DNA of 51,485 nt, from NCBI GenBank assembly GCA_013115145.1, contig JAAPAO010000219.1, positions 1 through 51,485 on the forward strand, read 5' to 3'. The translations under genes were made by a program, and so were the position numbers. Source of the DNA: Perkinsus chesapeaki ATCC PRA-425 (taxonomy: Eukaryota; Protista; Perkinsozoa). The notes under the pieces are model-generated. The model was not told the origin of the DNA, did not search any database, and was given only the letters and a program-made list of their open reading frames with translations. Below are positions 45,834 to 51,485 of this stretch, piece by piece. Position 1 is the stretch's first letter; every line of letters starts with the position of its first letter.

Positions 45834-47134
45834 CTAGTTGGGCAGCTGGGCTATCCCGACTCGACCTTCTTCAAGTTGGAACTCTAAGTAGTTGTTGATT
45901 ATTGCCTGGCCAGACAATGCCCACAAGCGGCTCTTACCTCCCTTAAAACCCAAACCACATTCTCTCCCAATTACACGAACATAGTTAGCATGGGTAAGAC
46001 TTATATAGACGACTTCTTTGTCACCGAGTCCGAATGTTATTGGTGGCATGATGTCCCGGTATGCACAAGGAAACATCCACATTTCCAGCCTGGGCTGCCA
46101 TCTGAAAGTGACGCTGGGGCTTGCTTCCGAAGCTTCTTTCATGATATTCCCAATCAATTTGGTGAAACGCTTGTTCGACTGGGGGACGAGTATCGTATTC
46201 CGTCCAGTGTCGATTAACAGATCTTGCTTGATTCCAGCCTTGGAAGGTCCACCGCCGACTTGCAGACTATTTAACATGACAATATATTCACGTCGACTCT
46301 TGAGCTTCACATAATGCAATGGATGCTGATAAACGCGAGGGTCGCCACCACCTATCAGAAGTTCACCAGAGATCCCTTGTCCGCGCTGGGCTAGATACAC
46401 TGCGAATGCCTTAGCTCCGATCGGCTTCGGAGACATCCTCATGAGCTGCTTCAGTAGTGATTTAATACGGGTTCTTGAGTGTGAGGCAAGGCCAAGCAGG
46501 TTGAAGGGTGTATCAACAGCTGGAGGTGGGTCTTGATTCATAACCAGGGAGAACTTCAAATCGGGAATGTCCTTATCACCAAGTTTGATTGTATCGTTGA
46601 AGTCGAAGACTTGAACGGCAGTGCATCGCCGAATTCAATCACGTCTTTCCGACGTGGTTGGCACGGCTCCGGGCATGTGTAGCATCCGAAGGGGAAATTT
46701 CTACATGCCCCGCGGCCAAGCTGTCTCTCATACCAATTGTCCCAAACGAACATGGTACTCGATGAGCCCGTATCCACTATAGCCCACAAAGCCGTTCCCC
46801 TAATGTTGAGCTGAGTGAATATACTGTAACCATACTGCGGCATAATCTTGAACGTGATGTCAAGACGGAGCACTTGAGAGGCTGTCATTGGGATAGCTGT
46901 CGAACATAGGATGACCAGCAGCTGAAGAAATGGAAGGTAAGGCCGGGAGGCTACCGCCTGGATCTTAGGGGATTGAAGACCTGCTGGAGAACACCTTACA
47001 CCAGTACCACTTGGCGAGAATCCTCGGCTGATAGCGGACTTTTCCTGGCTCGCTAACCCGGCAGCTTGTAGCAGTTTCTTGGCAATACGAGCCGCCCACG
47101 TTACTCTTATACCATACTTCGATAGATGGAGCAT
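45834..47134 (-). pseudogene. Intronless pepsin-like aspartic protease with a single -1 nt frameshift near 46624 (pseudogene or assembly error)
   Basis: Signal-like segment LPFLQLLVILCSTAIPMTA; AIVDTGSS (lobe 1); LLIDTG (lobe 2). Restoring GAT G[G]C ACT gives EFGDGTAVQVFDFNDTIKLGDKDIPDLKFSLV and joins the two ORFs. Start codon uncertain. Confidence 0.85.
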
Positions 47135-48626
47135 GATGGAATAACGGGTTAATGTGTTCTACAAAGTCCAATGGCCCTTGATGGTCTCAGCGGAGAACAA
47201 GCGCTTCTGGGCGGTAGGAGGCTCCTATTAGGAGCCGCTCCCTATCTGCCATTACTGCCTCGTCTTTGCACCGAGGGGTTGGTCCGCCCCACAGAGTTTT
47301 GGAATTATTCTGTTCAGTTGTCACGCGATACTCGCAGCATTCGAGCATAGAACCGGCGTTGAAAGGGAGAGCAACTCGCCACAGCGGGATATTACGGGAT
47401 TATTTATGCATTACTCTACTACCCGAGATGGAGGTGATGGAGGCGCTTCGGGCGCGAGGCCTTCTCTGGGATAAGAGCTTAGTAGTGGCTGCAATTTTTC
47501 CACGCGTCATGTCATACATTAGTGTCCGTGTGAGGTCGACAGTTAGCAGCTTGGAGCATCATGGCTGCGGGGGCAATTCCGGCAAGGAATGCTGCTGTGT
47601 CGACTAAGATACCGCAAGTGGCGCGTGGCACACCAGTGGTGAGACGTCACGCCCGATCAACGAATAGTTACCATGTGCATATGCCATAGAAACGAACCCC
47701 GTCGAGTTGCTGATAATGGACGAGAGTGATGAACGATTCATTACCCTCCTTGGACTGTGTTGAGTCAACACTGTCGACGCAGCACTGTGGAATGAGAAAC
47801 CTTGTGAACTGTCTAAAGAGAGCGTCGCCAACCTTGTACTCTGTATACAGGCGCGACGCAGGATGGCCGTTTTCGCAATCAAATCTTGCAAGTAAGGTTC
47901 TTCTCCCGCCGCCGGTAGGCGGACTGCTGACTTAGACAGTGCCTCATTACCCTGCTATCGACATCTTGATGATATAAATATCACGTTGTCGATAATTGCG
48001 CAGTCGCTCCACGCAAGTTGCGCGACGCAGGATAAGGTGGATTAGGGATGTGGCTCTCATCGTGAAGGGCGCGTTTTTTTAGGTAGTGCGTCACGGTAGG
48101 CGAAATCAGACAAGAAAAGGCAACAAATACAGCTGATAATTCCGAGATCGAGATTGTGGACTGAACAAGAAGTTGGATGTGTGAGCATCTCAAACCATGA
48201 CGTCTGCACTGAATGAAGCTCGATAAGTTGAGATGAGAGCCTCGCAGTTCGATGGCTTGGTTAGCTCGCTACATCCTTAGATTTGCTTTTAGTCGACCCA
48301 TGAACTCCGCTATTGCATAACACTCACTACAGTGTCACTTTGCGGTCACTGCCGGCGAGCGAGAGAGACACTGGTAATGTCATAAGCTCGATTATTCGAG
48401 GATGGAACTCTCATCGTTCCTGCCGGACAAGACAACGGCAGCGAAGCTTCATCAGCACTTTCGCCTATAAAACCGAGAGACTATAGGAAAGCCGTGGTTC
48501 GTGGCTTAAGAAAAGTCTCCGTCAACTGATGCGTTTGCCGCGGACAGTAACTGGAGAAGAATTTGTAGCAGCATGTATTTCTTCCGGTCCCTCGAGCCTG
48601 CGGACTCATTCGTGGTCAACATGCGA

Positions 48627-51254
48627 CTATGCTGAATCCTAAGCTTCTTGTGTTGTTCAACCTCCATCTTCCATCGACTTGTGGATTTGACTAGCAGCTA
48701 GGAATGCTACACGTGCGAAAAGAGATCTAATTGATTCTGAGGTTCACGCCAGCCAGTTACACACGATATAATAACTCAATCACACAAACCATTACGATCA
48801 AACCATCCGTGCTTAAGGTACGCAGCTGCCATCAGACCGAGACATTAGCTGTTCGAGTATGCAGACGGACCACGACTCAGGCCATCCAACACATGCTAAT
48901 CATTCGGACTCAATCGAAGTGAGCATCGTAATCACAGCGTAAGGGTTTCCACGTGTAGCAGATGATCTATCCGAGCGAAGTAACCGTTAATGGTATGATG
49001 AAGCCTATTTTCCGCCTGAGTGAAAAAGAACCGCTAAAGGACTTGATGAAAGTTTTTACAACGCTGCAAGAACACAGGTAACCATTCGGTGCATCGGATA
49101 AGTCAGCGCAGCTCCGTCGTCTTGCGTCGGACTCATTTCGGAACGAATTCTTACACTGTCCTCCTTCGAAAAGATTAGGTTTGAAACCCTGTCATAATGA
49201 ATAATATAAGACTTTTCCTGTGATGCCAGTAGCAAGAATTGATTTAGGATAATATGTTATAAACTCGATGTAGACAAGACTCTGTCGTCAGGCGGTGTGA
49301 AGCAAAGGCTCTCCTGCAGCAACTGCTGATGGTTGTTAATGAAGCGAGAGTGCCATATCATATAGTATATGACATATACTATCAGTGCAGTCTCGTAAGC
49401 ATCGAGCAGTTGCGACCGAAATTGAGCGTTTCGATGCTTACGTAAGCTGCATAATGCAGCACGTCCCTAGTAGGGAAGAAGAACAGGAGAATACTAACCG
49501 CGTGAAACAAGTGGAGAAAGTTCATGAACTTCTACGCCGCAAATTGGCAGAGGCCGAGGAAAGCCTATCCCAAGATGACAAGCAAGTTCATGAAGGCAGT
49601 TTCTATTACAATTTGCAATCCATCGCAAAGTGTGGGAGTAAGCGCTTCTTCGGGCACAATAACGGTTTGGGTCGGCTCCGCAGCCAGAAAAAATCTCGCT
49701 CGCCGAATTGGGTGACGAAACTGTCATGGTATTATTGAATTTATTTTTAACTGTTACCATCAAGCCATCTTCCAAGTTTGAAAGTTGAGGTTCCATGCTA
49801 TAAGTCGTAAGATTAAAAAGCTATACCGAAAAAACGAATTTGCATAACGGCTTGGTTCGCACTGTATAGATTCTCCAAATCAACCGCTTATTGCACGAGA
49901 TGGGCGCTGCTGATGAAAAGCTGCGCGAGGCAGTACAATTTGGCAACAAGAAGAGAGCAGCATGGGTTAGACAGGAAGAAATTTAGCAAGAAGAGCAGGA
50001 TGCTAAAGTTAAAGTAGGCTTCATTCAAGTAAACAGTGTGCAAGACGTTACTTGTTTAGGCATAGGCCGAAATATTGGAAATCGAGAGGAATTGGCTTTC
50101 GAATATTGACGGACTTGCAAGGCTCCGATTCCAGGCATTGGCTTTGGAGTGAACCGCTCTCTGTGCCAATGACCCCACTCCGGCTGGAATTTACCCCCAA
50201 AACGTTACCCGTTGCGAAACTCTTCAGGAGTTACTCCTGTTTCGGCCAGTGATGCACATTTCCCGTTTAAAAAGCACCGCCTACCTGCAATTGCTGCCAA
50301 GGTCTCTAATGTGTGACGTCGTAATCCTGAGTGAAGAGAGAAATCACGGCAAATGGCAGAAACGAAAAATAAGGAATGGATAAAACTGAATGAGCGATTA
50401 TTGCCCGGAATCAAGAGTGAGCACTCAAGACAATTGCTCGGTCATTCGGCGCGAACTGTATACGTTAGATCATAATGTGCACTCATAAAGCACTTTACAA
50501 AGTCCATATATGCGGCTTACACTTAACTCGTATCGAATGTAACCCCAGCAATCAATAAACTCAGACGTATTTTGGCAACTTGGAGAACTCGACTTTCAAT
50601 AGGCTCACTAGCATACCATACACACGAGCTGATGAGCGTTAAGTCCGAGCTCGAAGCATCTTTTTCGACATCCAAGAGATGAATGAGCTGGACGCATCTA
50701 AGCGACGCATACAACAACAGGTGAGAAATAATACGTTGTAAGCTTCGCCATGAGCCATTCCGATGCACTGTCTCGAACAATCTGCATCGGATGCAGATTG
50801 TTCGAGCAGAGGGCAGGTTCATTGCTTTACAGGAAAGATATGAACGAGAGAAGGAACGAAAGAGGGCGCCACCTTGCAATAGCTGAGCATGTTCACTCTC
50901 CACGCCTCCAGGCCCGGAGGATAAACAGATTGTTTCAGCTTGAAGTGTCTAGCCTATGCAGGTGCTGCTCGATGCATTTCGGTTATCGCAGTAATGGTGA
51001 TTTTTTTCTAATTATCAAATTTACGGAGCTCATTAGGAAGGGTTCACCCTAGCCACACGAACCATGGATTCCGCGGATGCTATAATTAGGTCCCGATAAC
51101 CTGACTGTCGGGTCGTCTCGTTATGTCTCTGATTTGTTTTAAATTACTACTATAACACTATACTCCACTCAGTGAATCTGAATCCTCGAATGTTGCAGTG
51201 AGAGAATGACAAGGGCGGACATTCACACACATTTCTTTCCATCTTCTCGTAAAA
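48627..51254 (+). repeat. Copy B of the degenerate duplication
   Basis: ORF 49385-49738 (HRAVATEIERFDAYV..KLAEAEESLSQD) parallels 42623-42898; flanks align throughout. Confidence 0.85.
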
Positions 51255-51485
51255 CACAAATAATGAAATAAGAGATTCACGTTGCCGGTCAAAGTATTAG
51301 CGACTCAATAAAGAAGAATATAGACGATGCAGATCCTCCTTCACGCTGGCTGAATACCGAGCATTACATCCTCCATAATTTTGTCACTATGCTGTATATA
51401 ATGTAGACACCCGTTGTAGATGCATGACGTTTGTATATCTGTGATACTTCGCTTCGCTCATGCGAGCGCGGTTTCATTTCCGTTT

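Overview
Intron-rich eukaryotic protist DNA. Short ~45-50 nt GT-AG introns and intronless pepsin-like proteases suggest Perkinsus/perkinsid alveolate (inferred, not proven). In order, the window holds: a decayed aspartic-protease fragment; a multi-exon secreted Cys-rich/Kelch protein (-); an intronless multi-TM TIR-like protein (-); a 5-exon RRM-only Cyp33/PPIE-like gene (-) head-to-head with an uncharacterised gene; a hAT MITE; a ~21 kb WDR90/POC16 gene (+); a further uncharacterised spliced region; and a degenerate ~2.7-2.9 kb duplication flanking a frameshifted aspartic protease. The highlight is an intact, recent 6,552-bp LTR retrotransposon (23999-30550, -) inside a WDR90 intron. It has 194-bp LTRs with 1 mismatch, a PBS, a PPT, a -1 frameshift signal and BEL/Pao-type PR-RT-RH-IN. 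Unusually, it carries a Tudor-like domain at the integrase C-terminus and an RRM-like domain in Gag in place of CCHC knuckles. All domain calls are by-eye motif recognition; no searches were run.
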